Assembly: GCA_046045965.1 (NCBI GenBank)
Contig: JBJOKS010000008.1
Location: forward strand, 100,676-164,675
DNA: 64,000 bases
DNA from: Cyanobacteriota bacterium
GTDB lineage: Bacteria > Cyanobacteriota > Cyanobacteriia > Cyanobacteriales > Nostocaceae
Direction of reading: 5' to 3'
The position numbers were made by a program, and so were the translations under genes. The number at the start of each line of letters is the position of its first letter. Positions within the stretch are counted from its first letter, which is position 1. The notes beneath the pieces were generated by a model, which did not search any database, had not been told where the DNA came from, and saw nothing but the letters and a program-made list of their open reading frames with translations. Below are positions 32,756 through 44,119 of this stretch, piece by piece.

Positions 32756-32979
32756 AAGCCTGTTTACAGTTAGGTTTTAGTAAATTTACTCACATTTTGC
32801 ACTGTTTTAGATCATAACTGCAAAAAGAGATTAGGGAATAATGATTTTTACCTCTCCACATTATCAACTTTATGCACCCAATTTGACAAAACCTGACCCT
32901 GTAATTACCGTAGGTATTAGATATAATTGGTTTATTTTCAGACAGTATGAACTTAATAACGGAAAAATTGCCTAAATTT

Positions 32980-33201
32980 ATGACACAGAGCTTATTTAGT
33001 CAGGTGTGGATAGGAGTAACGCGAACTGTCACCCTAACTTCCCTGACAGTATTAGCCACAACCGCAATTAGCAACCAACCTAGCTATGCAAGAAGCGCAA
33101 CCTTTTACTGTGGTAAAAGTAAAGGTGTACCCGTCACCTTTGCCCGGACTCAAGATGGTATAAAAAGAGCTATAATCCACTCGACTACCTGCTGTTGTTG
33201 A
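32980..33201 (+). pseudogene. N-terminal fragment of a COP23-domain protein
   Basis: Signal peptide then TFYCGKSKGVPVTFARTQDG; runs into the antisense of the convergent gene. Confidence 0.6.
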
Positions 33202-33656
33202 GGATTTATTAACCATCCCAGTTTTACTCCTGCATCCATATATTCTTGCATTTTCTGACGCAGAGTTTCTAAATTATCCGTTGCTGACCTTAATTCAATC
33301 ACAAAATCTGGTGCAATGGGGGGAAATTTTCGCCTTTGTTCAGGAGTTAATGCTTCCCAACGTTCTTTTTTAATCCAAGCTGCATCAGGAGAACGGTCAG
33401 CACTATTTGGTAGTTTAAATATAGTGGAAGAACTAAAAGTGTAACCAAGTTTCTTTTGCCGATTCCAAATACCTAAATCTGTAATTAAATCTGCCTCTCT
33501 ATTACCGCTTTCTCCTCCCATTGGTGGCATAATAATTAATTCTCTGGTAGATGTACGTTCAAATTGCAAATCACTGTTTTTTTGACATAGTTGATAAAAC
33601 TGTTCATCGCTTAAATTAACAGTATCTAAGTTTAGTTTTAAAGGACTGATAATCAT
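33150..33656 (-). pseudogene. Uma2 family endonuclease, C-terminally truncated
   Basis: RSPDAAW, APDFVIELRS, LGWLINPQQQQV, then an aberrant tail in place of the usual VEIYR..LPGF end. Confidence 0.75.
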
Positions 33657-33810
33657 AAAAATTTTTATTCTCCTGACTAGGATATATTAATATTATGACT
33701 CAAACATGATTTTTATACAAGTTATCAATCCTGTTCATCCTTTAATCCTGTAAATCCTGATTCTGACAATTGATAGGGCGGGGTTTCCCCGCCCCTACAG
33801 TTAATCTAAA

Positions 33811-35232
33811 TTAACCGAAATGTTTGATAATTGCGTTAGCAAATTCAGAACACTTCAAAGGTTCTACAGGTGGTTCGATCATCCGCGCTAAGTCATAAGT
33901 AACTTCACCATTGGCTATGGCTGCACTTAATCCTTTTTTAACCAAATCTGCGGCTTCTTGCCATCCCATAAATTCCAGCATCATCACACCGGAAAGTATT
34001 ACAGAACCGGGGTTAATTTTATCTAAACCGGCGTGTTTTGGTGCTGTGCCATGAGTAGCTTCAAAAACCGCGCAGGAGTCGCCAATATTTGCCCCTGGAC
34101 CCATGCCTAAACCGCCAACTATCGCCGCAGCAGCATCAGATAAATAATCACCGTTTAGGTTCATTGTCGCCAGAATAGAATACTCATCTGGACGGGTTTG
34201 AATTTGTTGAAAGATGCTATCGGCAATGCGATCATTGACCATGATTTTCTCTTTCCATTTGCCATTTCCATGACTTGCCCAAATATCATTAAGAACTGTT
34301 TCCACTTCCTTGACAATTTGTGCTTTTTTCTCTGGTGTTAAAGCATCAAAACCAGGGTCGATCATTCTGGCGTTTTCTTCTAAGGAAATGTTGGCGTTTT
34401 TCTCCTTATTTCCTAATATCCAAGATTCCCTTTCGGTAACGCATTCATTACGAAATTCGGTGGTTGCTAGTTCATAACCCCAATCTCTAAAAGCGCCTTC
34501 GGTGTATTTCATGATGTTACCCTTATGCACCAAAGTCACTTGTTGCTTGGCTTTGGGCAGTTGTAAAGCGTGTTTAATGGCACGTCTAACTAAACGTTGG
34601 GAACCGCTTTTACTGATGGGTTTAATTCCTATACCTGCATCCAGGGGAATTTGTTTTTTACCATGTTCTGGTGTAGCGGGAATCAGTTCATTGTTGAGGA
34701 TGGAAATTAAGCGATCGCCTATTTCACTTCCCTGTTTCCATTCAATCCCCAAATAAATATCTTCCGTATTTTCCCGATACACAATTACATCCAATTTTTC
34801 AGGATTTTTGTGTGGAGATGGCGTACCAGCGTAGTAACGACAAGGACGCACACAGGCATAAAGGTCAAAAATTTGACGTAATGCCACATTCAAAGACCGG
34901 ATTCCTCCACCTACAGGAGTAGTCAAAGGTCCTTTGATAGCAATGCCATATTCTTTAATAGCTGTGAGAGTATCCTGGGGTAAATACTGATAAGTGCCGT
35001 ATAAATCACAAGCTTCATCACCAGCATAAACCTTAAACCAGCTAATCTTTCTTGTACTTTTGTATGCTTTAGCAACCGCAGCATCAAGCACTTTTTCTGT
35101 TGCTGGCCAAATATCTATACCTGTTCCATCACCACGAATGAAGGGAATAATAGGATTTTCAGGAACAACAGGTTCACCATTTTTGAAGGTAATTTTTTCG
35201 CCAGTTGTCGGGGGAGTAATCTTTTCGTACAT
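33811..35232 (-). CDS. icd: NADP-dependent isocitrate dehydrogenase
   Basis: [35 protein letters not shown]. Confidence 0.98.
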   Translation of the reverse strand: MYEKITPPTTGEKITFKNGEPVVPENPIIPFIRGDGTGIDIWPATEKVLDAAVAKAYKSTRKISWFKVYAGDEACDLYGTYQYLPQDTLTAIKEYGIAIKGPLTTPVGGGIRSLNVALRQIFDLYACVRPCRYYAGTPSPHKNPEKLDVIVYRENTEDIYLGIEWKQGSEIGDRLISILNNELIPATPEHGKKQIPLDAGIGIKPISKSGSQRLVRRAIKHALQLPKAKQQVTLVHKGNIMKYTEGAFRDWGYELATTEFRNECVTERESWILGNKEKNANISLEENARMIDPGFDALTPEKKAQIVKEVETVLNDIWASHGNGKWKEKIMVNDRIADSIFQQIQTRPDEYSILATMNLNGDYLSDAAAAIVGGLGMGPGANIGDSCAVFEATHGTAPKHAGLDKINPGSVILSGVMMLEFMGWQEAADLVKKGLSAAIANGEVTYDLARMIEPPVEPLKCSEFANAIIKHFG

Positions 35233-35262
35233 AGTTAACACATTCCAAATAGAATAAATTCA

Positions 35263-35385
35263 AGGAGTCAGGAGTCAGGAGTCAGGAGGCAGAAGGCAGG
35301 TGACAGGTGACAGGTGACAGGTGACAGATAAAAATCTTTTCCTCCCCTGCTTCCCCTGCTTCCCCTGCTTCCCCTGCTTCCCCTA
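35263..35385. repeat. Mixed STRR array (GGAGTCA / AGGTGAC / CCCCTGCTT)
   Basis: Consecutive tandem short repeats upstream of icd. Confidence 0.85.
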
Positions 35386-35580
35386 CCCTTTCTTTGAGGT
35401 GCAGATCATCCCCTGCTTTACCTGGTAAATTATTGGTAGCTCAGATGTAGATTGCAGTTAAACCGGCGCTACTTTGTCCGGTCAAAAATAGTAAACTACT
35501 TTTCGCTATCTGTGCTTCATTTTGTAGAATGCCCAATAGCTGATTCGTTTGTTCACTGAAACGCTAACACGAGTAATGGC

Positions 35581-36294
35581 ATGACAGACCCAATGATTGT
35601 ATCAGGCACTGCTAATGACATCGACTCCCTGCGCCAAAAGTTAATCGCTGGGTCACAAAAAGTCCAACAACAAATCATCCCACAGTTAGCTGACTTGGGT
35701 AATGAGGGATTAGAGGTGTTGCAGGAATTTTTGTTGAAACGTCGTGACACTCCAGCAACTTGGATTGATGGTAAAGCCTACCAAGTAGTCTACAACTCTG
35801 ATGCACCTACAGCTCAGGAATTTCTAGAAAATAACTTTCCTGAAGGAATTGTACCTCTAAAATCAGACTGTGGGATCAGTTACAATTCTTTGCAACAATT
35901 ACTCATCCGTCAGGAGTTCCAAGCTGCTGATCTGTTGACGATCCAAACAATGTGCGAAGTAGCAGGACCACAAGCAGTACAAAGGAAATGGTTGTACTTT
36001 ACTGAAGTAGAAAATTTCCCAACTCCAGATTTACAAACTATTAACCATCTTTGGATAGTTCACTCGGAAGGTAAATTTGGTTTTTCTGTACAACGAGAAA
36101 TTTGGTTGGGGGTGGGTAAGAACTGGGAAGGTTTATGGCCGAAAATTGGCTGGAAGGACGGTAATAAATGGACTCGCTACCCCAACGAGTTTACCTGGGA
36201 TTTAAGCGCCCCTAGAGGTCATCTACCCCTTTCTAACCAACTACGTGGGGTGCGAGTTATGGCTTCTCTATTATCTCATCCTGCGTGGAGTTAG
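35581..36294 (+). CDS. gun4: GUN4 (Ycf53) Mg-chelatase activator
   Basis: RKWLYFTEV, DLQTINHLW..HSEGKFGFSVQ, APRGHLP, LRG. Confidence 0.92.
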   Translation: MTDPMIVSGTANDIDSLRQKLIAGSQKVQQQIIPQLADLGNEGLEVLQEFLLKRRDTPATWIDGKAYQVVYNSDAPTAQEFLENNFPEGIVPLKSDCGISYNSLQQLLIRQEFQAADLLTIQTMCEVAGPQAVQRKWLYFTEVENFPTPDLQTINHLWIVHSEGKFGFSVQREIWLGVGKNWEGLWPKIGWKDGNKWTRYPNEFTWDLSAPRGHLPLSNQLRGVRVMASLLSHPAWS

Positions 36295-36387
36295 GTGACA
36301 GGTGACAGGTGACAGGTGACAGGTGACAGTTTACCAATCACCAATCACCAATTACCAATCACCAATTACCAATTACCAATCACTAAT

Positions 36388-37509
36388 ATGGCTAAAATCC
36401 TTTTAGATAAGATTAAACGTACATTTAACAATGTCACCGCTATTGAGGATATCACCTTTGAGATTCCTGATGGTGAGTTTTGGGTGTTGGTCGGTCCTTC
36501 GGGGTGCGGAAAGTCTACGATTCTGCGGACTATTGCTGGTTTGGAAACAGCGACATCTGGTAATTTGTTTATAGGCGATCGCTTGGTTAATGATGTCCCA
36601 GCCAGAGCGCGTGATGTAGCAATGGTATTCCAAAATTATGCCCTTTATCCCCATAAAACCGTCGCCCAAAATATCGCTTTTGGTTTGGAAATGCGAAAGG
36701 TTGATAAAAAAACTATTCAAGAACGAGTGTTAACGGTTGCGCGATCGCTTTCTCTGGAACATCTGTTAGACAGAAAACCTAAACAACTTTCTGGAGGACA
36801 ACAGCAACGGGTAGCATTAGGAAGAGCGATCGCACGTCAACCACAACTATTTCTACTTGATGAACCTTTATCTAATTTAGATGCTCAATTACGAGATGAT
36901 ACCAGAGCAGAATTAAAACAGTTACATCAACAATTGGGCATTACTACAATTTACGTCACCCATGACCAAGTTGAAGCGATGACTTTAGCTGATAAAATTG
37001 TGGTGTTAAATCGGGGACGTATTCAACAAATTGGTGATCCTCAAAGTATTTATGCTTTACCTGCTAATGAAATGGTAGCAACTTTTTTGGGTAATCCACC
37101 TATGAATATTTTACCTGCTATCTATAAGGGTGATAATTTTGATGTTAGTGGACAATTATTAGCAATTCCTGAAAATATCAAATCTGTTTTGAATTTTCAT
37201 CCTGAACAAATTTGTAATTTGGGTATTCGTCCTGAACATATTAGTATTGGAAATCTTAACGAACCGCAGAGACGCAGAGAACGCAGAGAGGAGGAGTTAG
37301 GAGGGTTAGTTGTTGAGGTGAAGGTTGTTGAACCTTTGGGTAGGGAAACTTTAATTCGTGTCTCTTTACCCGGTTCTTCTGGGTTTATAAATGTCCAGGT
37401 TGGTGGGGGTGTACGTTTACATCCTGGGGAAAAGTTGAGTTTGCATTTCGATTTAAATCATTTGTTTATTTTTGATCCAGGTAGTGGGGAAAGATTTTTT
37501 CCTGTTTAA
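36388..37509 (+). CDS. Sugar ABC transporter ATP-binding protein (MalK/UgpC-like)
   Basis: GPSGCGKST, VFQNYALYPH, LSGGQQQR, C-terminal TOBE-like region; start at MAKILL. Confidence 0.93.
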   Translation: MAKILLDKIKRTFNNVTAIEDITFEIPDGEFWVLVGPSGCGKSTILRTIAGLETATSGNLFIGDRLVNDVPARARDVAMVFQNYALYPHKTVAQNIAFGLEMRKVDKKTIQERVLTVARSLSLEHLLDRKPKQLSGGQQQRVALGRAIARQPQLFLLDEPLSNLDAQLRDDTRAELKQLHQQLGITTIYVTHDQVEAMTLADKIVVLNRGRIQQIGDPQSIYALPANEMVATFLGNPPMNILPAIYKGDNFDVSGQLLAIPENIKSVLNFHPEQICNLGIRPEHISIGNLNEPQRRRERREEELGGLVVEVKVVEPLGRETLIRVSLPGSSGFINVQVGGGVRLHPGEKLSLHFDLNHLFIFDPGSGERFFPV

Positions 37510-37519
37510 TCTAATTTAA

Positions 37520-37682
37520 TGTAGGTTGGGTTAAGCAACAGCGCAACCCAACATAAACTTAGCTCATTTCCTTTAATACTCTTTTGTCGGGGTAGTTTCC
37601 AAAATTTTGGATCAATTTACCGCAAAGTACGCAAAGTAAAAGAATGAGTAATGTTGGGGTTCTTTTTGTCAACCCAACCTAC
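37520..37682. repeat. Palindromic repeat element (GTAGGTTGGGTT...AACCCAACCTAC)
   Basis: Nested inverted repeats; same core as the element at 47203-47279. Confidence 0.7.
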
Positions 37683-37685
37683 AAC

Positions 37686-38510
37686 TTATTTTAATCCTGT
37701 AGCTTTGAGAATTTCAGTATCACCTTTTCTCACGATCAAGGTTTGAGGAGCATTTCCATCTTCTGTAATTGGTTGTTCTAATATGTAGACATAATCTCCA
37801 TTTGTCCACCCTGTCACGCATTTTCCATCACGACAGGAAATTTTACCCCCTGTTAATTCTAAACATTTACCTTTTGCATCACATCCTTTATAAGTCAAGT
37901 TTCCTGTATTATTCACTCCTGTCCAAGATTCGTGATTACCTGTTGTAATTGTCCACTCTCCATTACTGATGGTTTGGGTTTTACTTGCTTGAGGTTTTGT
38001 TTCGGTTTTTGCTGTTGTTTTATCTTCTAAAACCTCTATTTTAGTAATTATAGACTCTTGACGAGTTTTTCCACAAGGTTCTGCACTTTCACAGTCATTC
38101 ACTGATTCTACTGTGAAAATAGCACGGACTTTTTTATCCAGAAATTTTCTTTCTTCTGCACAAATTTCAAAACTTGCACCAACTCGGTTTTCCACACCTT
38201 GATCATCTACTAATGTGACATAACACAATAAATCACCATTCACTAATTCCTTGACTGTACCAATTTGCGGGGATTTGTTTTTTGTGGTGTTATTGCTAAT
38301 GCTTTGAGGTGCAGATTTTGTTTTAGTTTGAGTATCTGTTTTTGCTTTAGTTTCTATTTCCGTTTCTGGGGAATTTTCCGGTTGAGATTGTGCAGTAGTA
38401 GCAGTATTATTAGTTGATGTTTCTGTGGTTGTACTGTTTGGTGCATTACTACAACTAACCAGAGAAATGCAGGAAATAATTAGGTATATTGTGGAAATTA
38501 ATTTTTTCAT
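37686..38510 (-). CDS. Hypothetical lipoprotein
   Basis: MKK..LVS-C lipobox, Thr-rich linker, Cys-containing domains. Confidence 0.75.
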   Translation of the reverse strand: MKKLISTIYLIISCISLVSCSNAPNSTTTETSTNNTATTAQSQPENSPETEIETKAKTDTQTKTKSAPQSISNNTTKNKSPQIGTVKELVNGDLLCYVTLVDDQGVENRVGASFEICAEERKFLDKKVRAIFTVESVNDCESAEPCGKTRQESIITKIEVLEDKTTAKTETKPQASKTQTISNGEWTITTGNHESWTGVNNTGNLTYKGCDAKGKCLELTGGKISCRDGKCVTGWTNGDYVYILEQPITEDGNAPQTLIVRKGDTEILKATGLK

Positions 38511-38691
38511 GGATGGTAATTTATGACGTTTTGTCAAAACTCAATTAATTTTTTACAAAATCTTACGAGTAGCTAAAATTTTCTTAGATGAGAGTACCAG
38601 TATATGATACTATATAATATATATGTATAATGTTGATCAATACTAAAAACACAGATTTTAACCTACTATATAAGTATGACTAACAAGGAGA

Positions 38692-38910
38692 ATGTCAATC
38701 ATGCAAACTGACAAAGTATTAGAACAAAGGTTACTAGAAAAAATTCGCAAATTAGTTCCCGAACAAATATTTCTAGTTGAAAAATTTATAGATTCTTTAG
38801 AACATGAAAATGGTGACTTTAATTTGACATTAGCTGCTGGAAAGCTTTCTGAACCTGTGCTACAAAAGATTTGGGATAATCCCGATGATGCTGAATATGA
38901 CACATTATGA
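38692..38910 (+). CDS. Putative antitoxin (DUF2281-like)
   Basis: AAGGAG SD; small acidic protein, SEPVLQKIWDNPDDAEYD; overlaps the toxin start. Confidence 0.7.
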   Translation: MSIMQTDKVLEQRLLEKIRKLVPEQIFLVEKFIDSLEHENGDFNLTLAAGKLSEPVLQKIWDNPDDAEYDTL

Positions 38911-39238
38911 GTTTGGAGATGTTGTTTTAGTACCATTTCCTTTTACTGATCAGACTACTACTAAAAAACGTCCAGCAGTGATTGTTAGTTCTAAAGATTA
39001 TCAAAGGGAACGTTCCGATTTGGTGTTAATAGCTGTCACCAGTCAAGTTAATCCTACAACTGATTTTGGAGAAATGACAATTACTGAGTGGAAAAATGCT
39101 GGTTTGATCAAATCTTCGATTATCAAACCAGTTTTAACTACCATTGAAAAAGGATTGGTAATTAAAAAGTTAGGAAAACTTCAGGAAATTGACCGTCAAG
39201 AACTACAGAATCTTTTACAGTTGATTTTGGGTACATAA
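38897..39238 (+). CDS. PemK/MazF-family toxin
   Basis: GDVVLVPFPFTD..KKRPAVIVS. Confidence 0.88.
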   Translation: MTHYEFGDVVLVPFPFTDQTTTKKRPAVIVSSKDYQRERSDLVLIAVTSQVNPTTDFGEMTITEWKNAGLIKSSIIKPVLTTIEKGLVIKKLGKLQEIDRQELQNLLQLILGT

Positions 39239-39272
39239 GTTGACTCTGAACTCAAATTTCCGCAATGAATAT

Positions 39273-40313
39273 TCATTGAGAAATAGTATGACACTTAACC
39301 AAGTCCCCAGGAGCAAAAGCACCATTTTCTGTAATAATGGCTGTAATTAATTCTGCGGGAGTGACATCAAAAGCAGGATTATAAAATTCTACTCCGGTCG
39401 GTGTGAGAACAGTATCACCAACTTGGTAAACTTCTGAGGGATGACGTTCTTCTATGGGAATTTGACTACCATGAGCTAAGGTAAAATCAATTGTGGAAAT
39501 AGGTGCAGCAACAAAGAAAGGAATATGATGAGCTTTAGCAACAATTGCTAAACTGTAAGTACCGATTTTATTAGCAGTATCTCCATTTGCAGCTATTCTA
39601 TCAGCACCAACCACAACCGCATCAATTAAACCTTGTTTCATGCAATGAGCGGCCATATTATCAGTTATAACTGTCACGGGAATTCCTTCTTGCACACATT
39701 CCCAAGCAGTGAGTTTTGCACCTTGTAAACGAGGACGGGTTTCATCTGCAAATACTCTTGTTAACCTTCCTTCTCTCCAAGCAGAACGCACTACTCCTAA
39801 AGCTGTACCATAACCAGCAGTTGCTAAAGCACCGGCGTTACAGTGAGTTAATATAATTAATTTTTCGGGGGTTTTGGGTAAAGCTGCTAAACCATGATCA
39901 CCTATTTGCTGACAAGTTTGAATATCTTCAGCGTTGATAGTTTGGGCAGTTTCTAGGAGAATTTGTTTAATTTCTGCGATTGTTCCCAGAGTTTCATAGG
40001 CAGTTTGCATCATTCTCCCAATTGCCCAAAATAAGTTTACTGCTGTGGGACGGGTAGAACGCAATAATTGGGCAACTTTTTCTAATTGGTGTAAAAATTC
40101 GGTGCGATCGCTGGTTTCAATTTCCCTCGCACCCAAATACATCCCGTAAGCAGCAGCGACACCAATAGCTGGCGCACCTCTGACTATCATTGTTCTAATA
40201 GCCTCGGCCATGTCTTCGCTGCGGTGAATTTCGATCACAGCATACTCATTTGGTAAACGAGTTTGATCAATGAGTACAACTGAGTTATTTTGCCAGACAA
40301 TAGGATAAAGCAT
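39273..40313 (-). CDS. mtnA: S-methyl-5-thioribose-1-phosphate isomerase
   Basis: [41 protein letters not shown]. Confidence 0.96.
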   Translation of the reverse strand: MLYPIVWQNNSVVLIDQTRLPNEYAVIEIHRSEDMAEAIRTMIVRGAPAIGVAAAYGMYLGAREIETSDRTEFLHQLEKVAQLLRSTRPTAVNLFWAIGRMMQTAYETLGTIAEIKQILLETAQTINAEDIQTCQQIGDHGLAALPKTPEKLIILTHCNAGALATAGYGTALGVVRSAWREGRLTRVFADETRPRLQGAKLTAWECVQEGIPVTVITDNMAAHCMKQGLIDAVVVGADRIAANGDTANKIGTYSLAIVAKAHHIPFFVAAPISTIDFTLAHGSQIPIEERHPSEVYQVGDTVLTPTGVEFYNPAFDVTPAELITAIITENGAFAPGDLVKCHTISQ

Positions 40314-40402
40314 AAATTGGTGATTGGTGATTGGTGATTGGTGATTGGGGAAAAGGTAATTTGTAATAGTAAAACTGTCACCTGTCACCTGTCACCTGTA
40401 AA

Positions 40403-40461
40403 CTACTTTGGAAAATAAAGAATCATCATAGCAACATTGGGGTGATTGTGAGCGATATCGC
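40403..40461 (-). pseudogene. Diverged duplicate of the last ~17 codons of the upstream antiporter gene
   Basis: Encodes IAHNHPNVAMMILYFPK* versus IAHNHPQVAMMIVYFPQ* at 40941-40994. Confidence 0.8.
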
Positions 40462-40475
40462 AAATCTTTCTTATC

Positions 40476-40773
40476 ATCTGCGTTTATCTGCGTTTATCTG
40501 CGTTTTTACTTAACAATTCTTTACATGATTTTGACCAAAAATTCCAAAAAAGTTTCAACACCCATTTTTTACCCCAAATTATTGAGAATGCTTGCGAATG
40601 ACTCAACGCAATTTCAAGGGTCTTGACTTCTGACAGGGTTGTGTTATGATAGTCTTTAGAAAAATCCAAGGGTTTCATATACCCAAAAACTCAAAATACC
40701 CGTTGGTGTAGATTTTTTAGTTGCATTTATTAATATAGAATAGAAAACGCAGATGAACGCAGATAAACGCAGA
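40476..40773. repeat. Element bounded by inverted (ATCTGCGTTT)x3 arrays
   Basis: ATCTGCGTTTATCTGCGTTTATCTGCGTTT at 40476 and AACGCAGATGAACGCAGATAAACGCAGAT ending at 40773. Confidence 0.65.
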
Positions 40774-40940
40774 TTAGTTTTTGATTTTTCATCTGCATAA
40801 ATAGGATTTTGATCTCAATTAATAGCCCCTATTAATTAAGGAATAGGTGATTGGGAAAGATAAAATTGATTACCCAGTCCCCAGTCCCCAGTCCCCAGTC
40901 CCCAGTCCCCAGTCCCCAGTCCCCAGTCCCCAGTCCCCGA

Positions 40941-42962
40941 CTACTGTGGAAAATAAACAATCATCATAGCAACTTGAGGATGATTATGAGCGATCGCTTC
41001 ATGAACATGACCAAGTAGGGAAAATATCTGTCCTTTTTGTGCGACGGACCCATTTAACAACAATAAATTATTAGGTTTGAGTAACCGCGATACTTCTCTC
41101 ACAAAACTACCCCGAACTTTTTGTACAGATATATCTGCTGGTATTATACCCTCAGTTAAATCAATATCTACTCCTCTGCTGGGAACGACTTGTAAAAGTT
41201 GTAAAGATGCTTTCAATTCTGTTGCTAAAGTTTGAGCTAATTTAATGCTTTGTGCAAAGTTACTGGCTTTAGCTTGTTGAGTGGTGAAAGCTAAAAATAC
41301 TCTGGATGTATGTTCAATAGGTAAGGGAAAGCGACTGACTAAAACAGGTACAGAACTGCGTTGCACAATTTTATCAATCACACCACCAAATAAGTTTTCT
41401 TGGTATGTAGAATAACCTTTCCAACCACAGACTATGACACTTGCTTGTTTTTCTTCTGCTACTCTAGCAATTCCTTTATCAATGGATTCATCAATTCTCC
41501 CAATAGTTTTAACTTTGGTGACAGCAGCATGAGCGATCATTTCTGCGTTAGAAAGTAATTGATTTTGTCTAGCTTTATCTGCTGGGGAAATTGGTTCACC
41601 TGCTTCAATTAAAATGTGTAGAGGTAATAAAGTACCAGATGCAGATTTTGCTAAGATCATTGCTAACTGTAAAAGATTATCTTCTGTATTGGGGTTAGCA
41701 ACAGGAACTAAAACGCGATCGCCTAATTTTCCAACTACACTTTTTTGGGTATTAGTTTCTTCAGGTTTAAGTTTTTGTCCCCACTTTGCTGTCACCCAAG
41801 GAGAAGCAATGCAGGTAACTAAAATCATAGCAATTGTCCCATTTACTGTTAATTGATCTACCAATTTGATATTATAAGCAACAGTAATTGCAGCTAAGGT
41901 AGAAGCAGCTTGTGCTACCGATAAACCAAACATTACCATAATTTGATTAGGGTTAAAAGCAAATAATTTACCCGCACCCCAAGCAGGTAGATATTTAGCA
42001 ATAATGGCAACTGTCACCATCACACCAGATACTATTAATGATTTTGGTTCTTGAATCAAAATCCCAGGATTTACCAACATTCCCACAGAAATTAGGAAGA
42101 ATGGCACAAATAAGGTATTACCAATAAATTGAATTCGATTCATTAACGGACTAAGTTGGGGAATTAATTGGGTGATAGCAACTCCTGCTAAAAAAGCGCC
42201 GATAATTGGTTCAATTTGGACTATATCTGCTCCATAGGAAACTACGAATAAAGTAGCGAGAACAAAAGTAAATTCTGCACTTTCATCATGGCCAAATTTT
42301 CTAAAAAACCACTTTCCTAAACGGGGAACACCCCAAAGAGTCAGGAAAGTGTAAATGATGAGTGAAGGAATTAAAAATAACCAAAACTGCAAAGTTAAAT
42401 TACCTTGATGCGCTCTCACTACAACAGCTAATACTAATAATGCTAAAATATTAGTAATTAAAGTACCGCCGAGAGTAGTAGTTAAAACTTGCGATCGCAT
42501 AATTCCCAATTTACTCGCTATGGGTAAAGCTAATAATGTATGGGAAGCAAAACAAGAAGCCACCAAAATAGCAGGTAAAAAACCATATCCTATCCCTAAC
42601 ATTGCTACCGTACCCAATATCATCGGAATAGCAAATGTTAACAAACCAAAAATTAACGCCTTATCCGCGTTGTATTTCATGTCATCTAGGCTGGTTTCCA
42701 AACCTGCCATAAACATGAGAAACAATAAACCCACAGTTCCCAAGAGGACAATAGTGCTATCTCTTGCTAACAGTCCGAAACCATGAGGACCAACTATCAC
42801 CCCCGCCAAAATTAACCCTACGATACCTGGAAGGCGGATTTTTTCAAATAATAGAGGTGCAATTAGCATAATCCCCAAAATTGTCAAAAATACGGGTACA
42901 GGTTCTTTAATGGGGGCTGAAACCGCAGCAGGGAAGAAAATATGAATTGCATCTATGGTCAT
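40941..42962 (-). CDS. Cation:proton antiporter (CPA2) with C-terminal USP-like domain
   Basis: Many TM helices, LPGIVGLILAG, FMAGLE, GAFLAG; RVLVPVANP USP domain. Confidence 0.9.
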   Translation of the reverse strand: MTIDAIHIFFPAAVSAPIKEPVPVFLTILGIMLIAPLLFEKIRLPGIVGLILAGVIVGPHGFGLLARDSTIVLLGTVGLLFLMFMAGLETSLDDMKYNADKALIFGLLTFAIPMILGTVAMLGIGYGFLPAILVASCFASHTLLALPIASKLGIMRSQVLTTTLGGTLITNILALLVLAVVVRAHQGNLTLQFWLFLIPSLIIYTFLTLWGVPRLGKWFFRKFGHDESAEFTFVLATLFVVSYGADIVQIEPIIGAFLAGVAITQLIPQLSPLMNRIQFIGNTLFVPFFLISVGMLVNPGILIQEPKSLIVSGVMVTVAIIAKYLPAWGAGKLFAFNPNQIMVMFGLSVAQAASTLAAITVAYNIKLVDQLTVNGTIAMILVTCIASPWVTAKWGQKLKPEETNTQKSVVGKLGDRVLVPVANPNTEDNLLQLAMILAKSASGTLLPLHILIEAGEPISPADKARQNQLLSNAEMIAHAAVTKVKTIGRIDESIDKGIARVAEEKQASVIVCGWKGYSTYQENLFGGVIDKIVQRSSVPVLVSRFPLPIEHTSRVFLAFTTQQAKASNFAQSIKLAQTLATELKASLQLLQVVPSRGVDIDLTEGIIPADISVQKVRGSFVREVSRLLKPNNLLLLNGSVAQKGQIFSLLGHVHEAIAHNHPQVAMMIVYFPQ

Positions 42963-43064
42963 AGATATTTTATCAGGTAGTACGTTGGCACTCCACTAAA
43001 ATATCTAGTAATTTCCCAAAACACAAATGCCTTTGGTGACATTTTTTAGATAGATTTTCGGAAA

Positions 43065-43787
43065 TTAAGTAAGTTTTTCCTTTAAAGACTCTACTAACAC
43101 GGGTAAATATTCTGTAGCTTTACCTGGAAGCACGGTAAACCCAGTTAATAATTCAGCATGGGGATGAGGATCGATAAAATATTTGACTGGGACATTTTGA
43201 AAAAACTTTAATAAATTTGCAGCGGGATAAACCTGTGCAGAAGTTCCCACGACAATAAACACATCTACCTGATTTTGAATTTTATACAAATCATCAACTC
43301 GCATATCTACCGCTTCCCCAAACCAAACCACATCAGGACGTAAATGTTTACCACATTTTGGACATAAATCACCCCATTCTACAGGTTTATTTATTGGTGA
43401 TTTATAATCACATTGCCATTCTGCATACATGGGGGGAATATCAAAATGCCATTCACATTTTTGATAATCTATTCTCCCATGAATATGCCAAACATCTTTT
43501 ACTCCTGCTTTTTCTAATAAAGTATCAATATTTTGGGTAATGCAAACCACATCGAAATGATTTGCTAATTCTGCAATAGCAAAATGTGCAGCATTTGGTT
43601 GACATTTTTGCATTTTTTCAAAACCTTGAGCATAAAAATCTAAGACCAACTTTTGATTTTGCATCCAACCCAAAGGAGTTGCTACTTCTTCTATTTTATA
43701 CCCTTCCCACAGTCCCCCAGCACCTCTGAAGGTGGGAATACCGCTTTCAGCCGAAAGTCCAGCACCACTAAATACAACTATCATCAT
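43065..43787 (-). CDS. cobB: Sir2/CobB NAD-dependent protein deacylase
   Basis: GAGLSAESGIPTFRG, TQNID, HG, RPDVVWFGE, VGTSAQVYPAA. Confidence 0.88.
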   Translation of the reverse strand: MMIVVFSGAGLSAESGIPTFRGAGGLWEGYKIEEVATPLGWMQNQKLVLDFYAQGFEKMQKCQPNAAHFAIAELANHFDVVCITQNIDTLLEKAGVKDVWHIHGRIDYQKCEWHFDIPPMYAEWQCDYKSPINKPVEWGDLCPKCGKHLRPDVVWFGEAVDMRVDDLYKIQNQVDVFIVVGTSAQVYPAANLLKFFQNVPVKYFIDPHPHAELLTGFTVLPGKATEYLPVLVESLKEKLT

Positions 43788-44119
43788 TTTTAAAACCTTT
43801 GATAAATTTATCGTTTCTTAGTCAGAATTCAGGTAAGGCGATAAGATCCCCGACTTCTTTTGTTTATTGTGTCCATAAATGATAAATTGATCTGGATATG
43901 AACGATTGCCATAGAGTCTCTAACTCCAGTATTAACCAATCATTATTACTGAAATAATCGGTAAGCGTAAAGCTCATAAAGAAATGGTATCAGTCACTTT
44001 AGTTGGCTACTGCTATTTTACGTTATTAAGTAACCATGAAAAAGCAACCCGAAGCATTTTTTACCTGGGTTGCCTAGACTGTTTTTGATAAAATTAGAAT
44101 GAACTGAATTGAAAGTCAA

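Noticed and set aside
36316..36387. N-terminal extensions MTGDSLPITNHQ.. (also on mtnA, 40314-40388)
   Set aside because: Translations of STRR heptamer repeats, not real protein sequence.
43065..43787. Sir2 as an anti-phage NADase (Thoeris/DSR)
   Set aside because: Has canonical CobB deacylase motifs and length, with no defence partner genes adjacent.
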